A DNA stretch of 18,013 nt from Octopus sinensis (lineage: Eukaryota), in contig NW_021824898.1 in the NCBI RefSeq assembly GCF_006345805.1, forward strand, positions 1-18,013, written 5' to 3'. The notes below the pieces were generated by a model that saw nothing but the letters and a program-made list of their open reading frames with translations, had not been told where the DNA came from and did no database searches. Position 1 is the first letter of the stretch. Every line of letters begins with the position of its first letter. Of this stretch, positions 1-8,739 are shown piece after piece. The position numbers and the translations under genes are program-made.

Positions 1-42
1 TTATATATATGCATATGTTCTATTTATTAACATATATATATA

Positions 43-81
<39 letters not shown>
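1..81. repeat. (TA)n microsatellite
   Basis: Near-pure TA dinucleotide run with a few interruptions. Confidence 0.95.
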
Positions 82-84
<3 letters not shown>

Positions 85-745
85 AATGAGTCTATTATTC
101 TTTCATTTTTCCTCCTTTCAATCAGCCCCTTCACACTTCGCTCGTTCTTTCGTTCCTCCTCTCTCACATTTCCTGCCCTTCTCTTCATGCTCACCTTCCT
201 TCCTCTTTCACTTCACTCAGTCCCTTTCGTTTTTTCTTGCCCCTCATTAATTCTTCTATCTCTCTGCCGCTACCTCTCTCTCTTCTCTCCCCATGTGACC
301 GTTGTTCGGCCAAGCTTGACCATCCGTGCAACATTTATATTCTTCCCCGTGCCTGTCAAATCTTATATCCCTGCTGTAAGGTTTTACTTCCACACACGCC
401 AGCTTAATTTAATTCGTCCTTAGTCGAAAGACACCCGTTGTTAATGTCCTGTTATTTGTATACCATTTCTCTGTTTTTTTCCGTCTTTGTTTTCGTATAC
501 ATTCACTGTTTTCTTGCAAAGAATCTAGTGCTCTTAGCTTAGTTTTTCCTTGGGGCTGGCCAGATTGGAGCAATCTCGAGTATAACCTGCCGGAATTGCA
601 AAGATAATCTGGAATTCGACTGAGGAAAGAAACCTCCGAATGACCCTTCCTTGTTTTCTTTGTATTGTCTGTCTGGATGTTTTGCGTTCTTGTCCTATTT
701 TTGTATTTTTATATATAATAATATAGTTGCATACGTACACATTGG
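82..745 (+). mobile_element. Unclassified dispersed repeat, copy 1 (Penelope-like/retrozyme-like candidate)
   Basis: Reverse-complement similarity to 16932-17500. The block CTTAGCTTAGTTTTTCCTTGGGGCTGGCCAGATTGGAGCAAT (533-574) matches 17065-17110. Both copies also have a pyrimidine-rich tract, a CTGARGA..CGAA motif and a similar end (TTTATATATAA). The repeat nature is seen in sequence; the class is inferred and the boundaries are approximate. Confidence 0.55.
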
Positions 746-759
746 TCTCTTTCTCTCTC

Positions 760-832
<73 letters not shown>
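746..832. repeat. Compound (CT)n-(AT)n microsatellite
   Basis: CT run followed directly by an AT run. Confidence 0.95.
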
Positions 833-837
<5 letters not shown>

Positions 838-1050
838 CTAGCTTAAAGCCGCCATATTTGGCGGTTTTTAACCTAGTGGGTAGCCTTTAAGCAACTGACC
901 CTCAATGAGTCGGAATGTTTTTAATTTACTCATAGAGTCAGCCTGATTCCAAAATGGTATGATATTTTGGGCTACGGCCTGTAAGTGTAAAGTTGAAAAA
1001 GTGTGACGCACTGACATACTGACATTCACATTAATTATATTATATTATCA
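838..1050 (-). mobile_element. Non-autonomous Helitron-like element (3' end at 838)
   Basis: On the minus strand: a GC hairpin CCGCCA-aata-TGGCGG (864-849), a 7-nt spacer, then CTAG followed by T (841-837). This is the canonical Helitron 3' signature. The distal end has the aatataatataattaatgtgaatgtcagtatgtcagt layout seen near 5' ends of short Helitrons. The 5' boundary is uncertain. Confidence 0.55.
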
Positions 1051-1059
1051 TATTTTATT

Positions 1060-1260
1060 AAGCCAGCCAGCTGGCAGAATCGTCAGCACGCCGGGTGACA
1101 TATTTAGCAGTATTTTATCTGCCGTTAGGTTCTGCGTTCGAATTCCGCCGATGTCAACTTTGACTTTCGCCCTTTCGGGCTCGAGAAAATTAGTACCAGT
1201 TAGGTACTGGCGTCGATGTAATTTGAGGCCTTGTGTTTCCAGTACAACAAATTTATTAAA
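1060..1260 (+). mobile_element. tRNA-derived SINE, family B (internal deletion near 3' end)
   Basis: Head AGCTGGCAGAATCGTCAGCACG (A-box-like) and GTTCGAATTCC (B-box). The body CTTTGACTTTCGCCCTTTCGGG..AGTACCAGTT is shared with 14978-15151 and, inverted, with 14270-14474. Confidence 0.85.
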
Positions 1261-1367
1261 GTCGTTCTGGGCAACATACACATTATTATATTAGATATTT
1301 AATTTTTGGGAAGCTTTATTTCAATTAAAGTGTGTTTTATATATATGTGTGTGTGTGTGTGTCTATA

Positions 1368-1590
1368 TCTCTATATATAAAACTGAAATGCGTTTTTACC
1401 GCTTGGATCGCTTTCAATGCCACTACGTCCCGTCCGATTCACTCCAAAATTTACAGGGACATGTAGAATGAGGTGGCGATGCCCGTGGGCTACCTTAGAA
1501 ATCCCTATCTTAAAAGGTGTGGTTGCTAGGGGCCATCTTCCTCTCTCACGCTATTTCCTACATTCCCCTCTAACTCCCCTTCATATATAT
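1368..1590 (+). mobile_element. Possible Helitron-like 5' end fragment
   Basis: A|TCTCTATATATAAAACTGAAATG fits the A^TC 5' start of short Helitrons. It is followed by CCGATTCACTCCAAAATTT, a motif type I associate with such elements. No adjacent 3' end; the extent is a guess. Confidence 0.35.
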
Positions 1591-1743
1591 AACTTTGATA
1601 AGTCCACTCCCGTTATTTAATGTAAAGTTCGTCAGACGGTGTTCTTTGATGTATCTGTCTGTATTCATAGGGAGAATTATCATCGCCACACGCCACCACC
1701 AACACACAATCATGAGAACAAATATTATGAATCAGATATTCAT

Positions 1744-1922
1744 TGCGTTCATTTATATATGTGTGTGTATGTGTATGTGTGTGTGTGTGTGGTGCGTGTG
1801 TGTGTGTGTCCGATATATAAATATGTATATATAATGTATATATACAAAGTGTATATATCTGTATTAATGTATATTAAACTTCTTAATACTTTTTGATAGT
1901 TATATATATTTTTAAACAAATT
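1744..1922 (+). repeat. Direct repeat B (partner 3339-3477)
   Basis: TGCGTTCATTTATAT...CAAAGTGTAT..ATCTGTATT..TTAATACTTTTTGATAGTTATATATATTTT.AAACAAATT occurs at both loci; the TG tract length differs. Confidence 0.9.
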
Positions 1923-2025
1923 GGTGATAACGTAGGTTTTTCGTATCAAATTTTTCGTGCTAAATTTTCATTTGTTACTACTTTATTATTTTTTCTTAAA
2001 TTGATGCTTTTATTAAAATTAAGGC

Positions 2026-2852
2026 ACTGTCATGCTATTAGCTGTCAGAAGTGAAAGTACGTCAACTTCGTGTATTTACGTCAGGTCTATACCTTCGTTA
2101 ATTTACGCCGTTTATTTACGTACCACCACGCTGTTAGGTTTATAAAACAATTGAAGAACAGTTTAAAGTTTATAAATAAATACATTTCATTCCATGTTCT
2201 GTTTAAACTTTATAAATAAATATATTATAAATAAAATATATTATTGTTTTTAAAAAAGAAATCACACCAAATCTGCACAAATGATCACCACCACCGCGAT
2301 CACATACACCAATCATACACACGTGTGTGTGTGTGTATATGTGGCTATATGTTTGACTAACGTGCGTGTGTCTGTATTTACTGTATGTGTGTATAAGTAG
2401 TTATATGCTTATATTATCCATTATACTAATATTTGTCTGTTGAAATCCGTTTTAAGGCGGTCAATAGTTTAATTAAAGATGTGTCTATACATCTATATAT
2501 ATATATACATGTGTATATATACATGTGTATACATTACACATGTATATATATGTATACACATGTATACATACACATGTATAAATATATATGTATACACATG
2601 TATATATACATGTATAGACACAGCTTTAATTAAACTATTGACCGCCTTAAAACGGATTTCAACAGACAAATATTACTATAATGGGGAATTAAATGTATTT
2701 ATTTATAAACTTTAAACTGAACTTCAATTGTTTTATAAACCTAACAGCATGTTGGTACGTAAATAAACGGCGTAAATTAACGAAGGTATAAACCTGACGT
2801 AAATACACGAAATTGATGTACTTTCACTTCTGACAGCTAACAGCATGACAGT
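2026..2852. mobile_element. Foldback/MITE-like palindromic element
   Basis: Outer arms 2026-2193 and 2685-2852 are 168 bp each with 9 mismatches and no indels by manual alignment. Inner arms 2418-2492 and 2610-2684 are 75 bp with 2 mismatches. The centre (2493-2609) is a self-complementary TA/CA/TG tract. The inverted repeat is certain; the transposon identity is inferred. Confidence 0.75.
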
Positions 2853-3019
2853 CTGGGTCAACAGTTCGTTTTCTCGGAGGATATGGAAATTCCTATTACC
2901 CGTCAGAGAAATAACTACAGCAGCTCACAACTATTTCACAAAGACAAGGTTACCTGCTTACCAGTCGAATCAGCGTCAACGCTCACGTATGAGAGAGACT
3001 CCAACACACACACACAACA

Positions 3020-3072
<53 letters not shown>

Positions 3073-3090
3073 CATATAATATATATATAT

Positions 3091-3338
3091 AATGTGTGCA
3101 TTATATGGTCGGTCGGTTCAGCTGAAAATATGCAGACCTATGTTAAAATGCATGACAACTATTTTTTCCTCAAATGAACGCTTACTTCTAGGACAAAATT
3201 CCTCATCTTATAAAATGTGACCCCAGTACAACCCGAATGAAATCGGTTATATTAACCAAAATGTGAAAAGGGTCTCAATGGGGCTGGAAGGGATTAAAAT
3301 TTAAGGAGCGGGTGTTTATGAATTCTCTGTTACATCAA
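3091..3338 (+). repeat. Direct repeat A (partner 3743-3966)
   Basis: AATGTGTGCATTAT.TGGTCGGTCGGTTCAGCTGAAAATATGCA...GGAGCGGGTGTT...CTCTGTTACATCAA is present twice, with homopolymer-length differences and two larger indels. Confidence 0.9.
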
Positions 3339-3477
3339 TGCGTTCATTTATATGTGTGTTTGTGTGTTCTATATATAAATACGTATATATAATGTTATAT
3401 ACAAAGTGTATTATCTGTATTTATGTATATTAAACTTTTTAATACTTTTTGATAGTTATATATATTTTAAACAAATT
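3339..3477 (+). repeat. Direct repeat B' (copy of 1744-1922)
   Basis: See repeat B; joined directly to the end of repeat A. Confidence 0.9.
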
Positions 3478-3685
3478 ATAAATTATAATTTTTTTTTAAA
3501 TTTAAGTAATTTACATTTTTCAATTTTATATTTTATATATTTTATATATTATATTTTTATTTTTATGTTTTTGTTTTTGGTTTTTCACTGTTTGATTTGC
3601 CTATTAGTGACTTTATCTCTAATTTAATTTATACATATATACATATATATATATAATTTGTATACATTTGTATATATAATGCGTG

Positions 3686-3733
<48 letters not shown>

Positions 3734-3742
3734 TATATATAT

Positions 3743-3966
3743 AATGTGTGCATTATGTGGTCGGTCGGTTCAGCTGAAAATATGCACACCTATGTTAAAA
3801 GTGCTCGCAAGTTTGCATGACAACTATTTTTTTCCTCAAATGAAAGGCCCCAGTAGACCCAAATGAAATCGGGTTTATATCAACCAAAATGGTGAAAAGG
3901 GGTCTAATGGGGCTGGAAAGGGATTAAAATTTAAGGAGCGGGTGTTAGGAATCTCTGTTACATCAA
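3743..3966 (+). repeat. Direct repeat A' (copy of 3091-3338)
   Basis: See repeat A; this copy continues into unique sequence. Confidence 0.9.
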
Positions 3967-4204
3967 GCTAAAAAATTTGCGCCAGCCTTTAATCGTCAAT
4001 GTGTTGCCGTCCATGATGAAGAAGTTTTGAATTTGCCATGGTGAGTCTACTGTCGTGAGAAAGAATCACTTCAAAAACTTGGTGTTTAAGGATTTTCTTT
4101 TACATCAAGTTCAAAATTTTACGCCAGTCAAAACGTTGCTGTACGTCGTTAAGAAATGCCAGCCATGGTGACTCTACTATCTCAGATTCTATCCCTTCAA
4201 ACTT
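3941..4204 (+). repeat. Diverged two-unit tandem repeat (140 bp + 124 bp)
   Basis: Units start at GGTGTT (3941, 4081). Shared anchors: TTACATCAAG.T.AAAA.TTT.CGCCAG, GCCATGGTGA.TCTACT and CTTCAAA..ACTTGGT. Confidence 0.8.
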
Positions 4205-4377
4205 GGTTTCCAATATTTTATTATTTTTATTCAGCTCACAAGTTCGTCTGTCCCTTTTAAATGTTAGTGTTGCTGTCTGCTTGAAGCAGACCTTTCCATT
4301 GTTACTGCCTGATATTTATGATTGATCTTCTAATATTTTATTTCTCAACTTACTCAAGATCTTTTGTTGTGTATAAA

Positions 4378-4493
4378 TGGGAGAGAGATAGATAAAGATA
4401 GAGAGTAAGAGAAAGCGAGGGAGAGTCCGAGAGAAAGGAAGAGTAAGAGGGTGGGGAAAGTGAGAGAAAGGAGAGAGAAACAAAGAGGGAGAA
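4378..4493. repeat. GA-rich polypurine tract
   Basis: Degenerate (GA)n/(GAGAAA) low-complexity run. Confidence 0.9.
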
Positions 4494-4800
4494 TCATCAT
4501 CATCATCGTTTAACGTCCGTTTTCCGTGCTAGCACGGGTTGGACAGTTTGACCGGGGTCTGGGAAGCCAGGAGGCTGCACCAGGCTCCAGTCTGATCTGG
4601 CAGTGTTTCTACAGCTGGATGCCCTTCCTAACGCCAACCACTCTGTGAGCGTAGTGGGTGCTTTTTTCGTGCCGCCGGCACAGGTGCCAGGGGGGCTGGC
4701 AGCGGACACGATCAGTTGGTGCTTTTTACGTGCCACCGGCACAGAAGCCAGTCAAGGCGGCGCTGCAATCGGCCACGTTCTGATGGTGCTTTTTACGTGC
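4494..4800 (-). mobile_element. RTE-type 3' tail element (SINE or LINE 3' fragment) with (GAT)n tail
   Basis: The minus strand ends ...GTCCAACCCGTGCTAGCACGGAAAACGGACGTTAAAC(GAT)n, which I recognise as an RTE-clade 3' terminus. It contains GCTGGATGCCCTTCCTAACGCCAAC and three copies of GTGCTTTTT.CGTGC (4658, 4719, 4786). Confidence 0.75.
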
Positions 4801-4869
4801 TGAAAGGAAGCAACAGAAAGTAACAACCACACTCTTCCCCACGCGTTAGAGCGGGTCACCTTCAGCTAG
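4801..4869 (+). mobile_element. Helitron-like 3' terminus
   Basis: GC hairpin CC-a-CGC-gttaga-GCG-GG (about 4839-4855), 10-nt spacer, then CTAG (4866-4869) followed by T. Confidence 0.5.
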
Positions 4870-5087
4870 TATATATATATTAATATATATATATATATAT
4901 TATATATATATATATATATGTATATATGGTATGTATATATTAAAGAAAGCAAAAGTGATAGTGTTCAGTATGTTGGCGACAGAAACTTGCACATCACTTT
5001 CCTCTTTCTCTCTCTTTTATTATTACTCCACTGCCTCAATCAACACGACAAGTTTTAATAGAACATTAACTCTCCCTAAATTTTTTG

Positions 5088-5134
<47 letters not shown>

Positions 5135-5290
5135 GTTACTCTCTCTGTCTTTGCCACCACCCTCAACGTCGTTATGGCTACTATATTACTCTTACCCCAT
5201 CATGAGGAATAGTAGAAGTGTCATTGAATAGAGAGAGAGGGGATCTGTGTGTGGCACTGACACAAAGAAACTAGTTTTCGCATTTATTAT

Positions 5291-5504
5291 GTGTGTGCGT
5301 GTGTGTGTGTCTTTGTGTCTGTTTGTCCCCCATCACCGCTTGACAACTGGTGTTGGTATGTTTACGTTCCCGTAAATCAGTGGTCGGCAAAAGCGATGGT
5401 ACAATAAGTACTAGGCTTAAGAAATGAGTCATGAGGTCGTTTTTTTTTTTCTTCGACAAAACCCTTCTAGACGGTGCCCAGCATGACTGAAACAAGTAAA
5501 AGAA
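5291..5504 (+). mobile_element. SINE family A, 3' half
   Basis: TTTGTCCCCCATCACCGCTTGACAAC...CGGCAAAAG...AATAAGTACTAGGCTT...GACTGAAACAAGTAAAAGAA matches 12120-12315. Confidence 0.85.
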
Positions 5505-5688
5505 TATATGTATATATATATATATACAGAAATGTCGAACGATGAAAAAGTGCTCAACACCGCGTGGGGGAATATATAATTTCTTTATGTGTGAATTAAG
5601 GCTACCATTGGTTTCATGTTAAGGAAAGTAGGAAAATATCCTAGTGTCGTAGCAAATATCCTAGTGTCTTAACAATTTTTCAAGCATA

Positions 5689-5719
<31 letters not shown>

Positions 5720-6071
5720 TGTGTTGTGTGTGTGTGTGTGTGTGGTGTGTGGTGGTGTGTGTGTGTGTGTGTGTGCATCATTTTCTTCTCCAACTAACAC
5801 AAGTACAGCAGAATCATGGCTACTAATTCTAAATATGACTACGTTTGTTGCTGAAAGGGTGACATACTTAACGTTAGCTTCAAACGTCTGTATTATATCT
5901 TCAGTTGAATTGTTCGCTCTGTTATACTAACGAACCAAATGTCAAAAGCTAAAAACTAAAAACGAAATGCATCAAATGTCAAAGGAAAAAGAACAAATAA
6001 CGAAAAACGAAAATTATCTTTATGTAGAGATATATCTAATCATGGATATCATGGCAAGGTGGCGTGTGTCG

Positions 6072-6095
<24 letters not shown>

Positions 6096-6104
<9 letters not shown>

Positions 6105-6311
6105 TGTGTGTGTGTCTTTGTGTCTGTTTGTCCCCCATCACCGCTTGACAACTGGTGTTGGTATGTTTACGTTCCCGTAAATCAGTGGTTCGGCAAAAGC
6201 GATGGTACAATAAGTACTAGGCTTAAGAAATGAGTCCTGAGGTCGTTTTTTTTTTCTTCGACTAAAACCCTTCTAGACGGTGCCCCAGCATGACTGAAAC
6301 AAGTAAAAGAA
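6096..6311 (+). mobile_element. SINE family A, 3' half (duplicated copy)
   Basis: Same as 5291-5504, including the identical deletion before GACTGAAAC. Confidence 0.85.
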
Positions 6312-6493
6312 TATATGTATATATATATATATACAGAAATGTCGAACGATGAAATAAGTGCTCAACACCGCGTTGGGGAATATATAATTTCTTTATGTGT
6401 GAATTAAGGCTACCATTGGTTTCATGTTAAGGAAAGTAGGAAAATATCCTAGTGTCGTAGCAAATATCCTAGTGTCTTAACAATTTTTCAAGC

Positions 6494-6496
<3 letters not shown>

Positions 6497-6588
<92 letters not shown>
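6497..6588. repeat. Pure (TG)n microsatellite
   Basis: Uninterrupted TG run of about 90 nt. Confidence 0.95.
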
Positions 6589-6589
<1 letters not shown>

Positions 6590-6876
6590 ATCATTTTCTT
6601 CTCCAACTAACACAAGTACAGCAGAATCATGGCTACTAATTCTAAATATGACTACGTTTGTTGCTGAAAGGGTGACATACTTAACGTTAGCTTCAAACGT
6701 CTGTATTATATCTTCAGTTGAATTGTTCGCTCTGTTATACTAACGAACCAAATGTCAAAAGCTAAAAACTAAAAACGAAATGCATCAAATGTCAAAGGAA
6801 AAAGAACAAATAACGAAAAACGAAAATTATCTTTATGTAGAGATATATCTAATCATGGATATCATTGGCAAGGTGG

Positions 6877-6879
6877 CGT

Positions 6880-6923
<44 letters not shown>

Positions 6924-7150
6924 GTGTATGCGTACATATGTTTGAGTGTGTTTATGTTTGTGTGAATGTTTTTTTAGTATTGCGAATTGTCTGTAGTTCT
7001 GATGTTATTTGCGTTGAATTCTTGTGCTCGTATATATCTGTCTCTTTCTGTATGTATGAGTGTGTGTGTGTGTGTGCATGCGTGTGTGTGTGTACATGTG
7101 TGTGTGTGTGTGTGTACATGTGAGTGTGTGTGCGTGCGTATGAGCGTATG
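6877..7150. repeat. TG-rich degenerate microsatellite region
   Basis: Multiple TG runs with TGTA/TGCG variants and short unique spacers. Confidence 0.85.
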
Positions 7151-7477
7151 TGAGTATCTTTCTCTTTTTTTTTTTTTAATTATCTAATCTTTGCAAACAA
7201 AGAAGGAGCTGCTGTCTGACAAAGGAGCTAAACTCCACCGCTGGAATGTAGCTTACAGCAACGGTGAAAAGTTACATGCTGGATTTCAGATGAGTTTTTC
7301 TTCTTTTATTTACTGATACGTTTACAGAATGTATTTTCGATATGCATCTTAGCTGGTTACTTTCTTTACTCGAAAATCCTAATTTTTCGAGGTTATTACT
7401 AAGATATTTAGTAGCTTAAGCTGGGAAACATGGGAAACATGACCGAGATAATCATATACATGCATTCATAATACATA

Positions 7478-7528
7478 TATGTGTGTGTGTCTGCGCGTGT
7501 GCATGTGTTTGTGTGTGTGTGTATGTGT

Positions 7529-7572
<44 letters not shown>

Positions 7573-7610
7573 TGCATGTATGCATTCATGTGCGTGTATG
7601 TATGCGCGCG
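7478..7610. repeat. TG-rich microsatellite
   Basis: (TG)n with TGTA/TGCG interruptions. Confidence 0.9.
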
Positions 7611-7614
7611 CATA

Positions 7615-7982
7615 GGCGCTGGTGTGACTGTGGTAAGAAGTTTGCTTCCCAACCACATGGTTCCGGGTTCACTCCCATTGCGTGACACCTTAGGCAAGTG
7701 TCTACTATAGCCTCGAGTCGATTAAAGCCTTGTGGGGGGATTTGGTTGACGGAAACTGAAAGAAGCTCGTCGTATATATATTTGTGTGTGTGTGTGTGTT
7801 CGCCACCACTGCCTGAAAACCTGTGTTCATGTGTTTCTCTCCACGTAACTTAACAGTTCAGCAAACGAGACGGACAAAATTAGTACCAGGCTTAAGAATA
7901 AAAATAATTACTGGGGTCAATTCGTTCGACGACAATACGTTAAGTTGGTACCCAAGCGTAGCCGCAGTCAATGACTGAAACA
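7615..7982 (+). mobile_element. tRNA-derived SINE family A, full length, diverged
   Basis: Collinear with 11923-12334: GGCG..G.GTG.CTGTGGTAAG, GGTTCA.TCCCA.TGCG, GACGGAAACTGAAAGAAGC, internal TA/TG tract, and 3' end GCAGTCAA.TGACTGAAAC. Confidence 0.9.
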
Positions 7983-8558
7983 TGTATATATATATATGTG
8001 TGTGTGTATGTGTGTATGTGTGTGTGTGTATGTGTGTGTGCGTGTGTATGTATGTATGTACACTTAAAATAATATGGGGTAGCAAAATTTTAGAAATTTT
8101 TCTTCCAGTGGCCTAGCATGTATAAAAGCCAATAGACATAAAAAATTAGTGTAAATTTAAACACAAAAAGAGGTGACCTTTAACAGGCCGCCTTACATGC
8201 TAGAAGGAGCACTCAAAACCACACTTAAGAGCAATTTCGAAGAGAATGAAAAACAAAAACTTTTTCTGCCAGACCTAGGTTTAGAATTTCAATTTTAGTA
8301 ATTTCTGAAGTTAGTCGACATTTGTTGAATTACTGGTTAACAATTGGAATTAATGTTCCTAGATTCTTTATGAATTCTAGATAACAGTATATATATATAT
8401 ATATAGTTGAAAAGGGCTTAGGAGTTCATACAAATCAAAAAATATGGTTAAAAAATAAATTGAAAAAGGCACAAAAGTTTATTTTAGAGAATGTTTAATA
8501 TTTTTGTTACAGTGGGTGATTTAAAATATAACCGGATTCGATGTATCCATTTTATCAA

Positions 8559-8717
8559 ATATTAAAAAGAATTTTTTAGGAAGCGAAAGAGAAAAAAATT
8601 GGGTGGTTAATAGTTTGTACCCATTTTTTAGTGCGTAATGCACTAAAACATGGGTACAAACTGTTAACCCCACCCCAATTTTTTTCTGTTTTCCTCCAAA
8701 AAAATTCTTTTTAATAT
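8559..8717. repeat. Imperfect palindrome (about 76-bp arms, 5-nt loop)
   Basis: Arms 8559-8634 and 8640-8717. Core GTTTGTACCCAT.TTTTAGTGC-gtaat-GCACTAAAA.ATGGGTACAAAC. Confidence 0.85.
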
Positions 8718-8739
8718 CATCCATCTTATCAAATATTCA

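Larger units (their letters stand above)
5291..6884 (+). repeat. Near-identical tandem duplication, about 0.8-kb unit (5291-6070 and 6096-6884)
   Basis: Collinear match with an initial offset of 805 bp. Both boundaries lie in (GT)n tracts. The copies share the same SINE deletion and the internal mini-duplication AAATATCCTAGTGTC x2. Confidence 0.95.

Noticed and set aside
82-423. 113-aa hydrophobic ORF resembling a membrane protein
   Set aside because: It arises from the CT-rich tract of the dispersed repeat; the homologous copy at 16932-17683 does not conserve the peptide.
4503-4803. Overlapping ORFs on both strands in a GC-rich island
   Set aside because: They lie wholly within the non-coding RTE-type tail element and show no RT motifs.
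5797-5858. Possible phase-compatible exon (TAESWLLILNMTTFVAER) linking the 3949 and 7203 candidates
   Set aside because: Weak splice sites, it lies in the suspect duplication, and the joined peptide is unrecognisable; such chains arise easily by chance.
8113-8203. 10-bp inverted repeat CTAGCATGTA/TACATGCTAG
   Set aside because: Too short, with no TSD or other support.
8508-8535. TA-CAGTG start resembling a Tc1/mariner end
   Set aside because: No matching inverted end found in the window.
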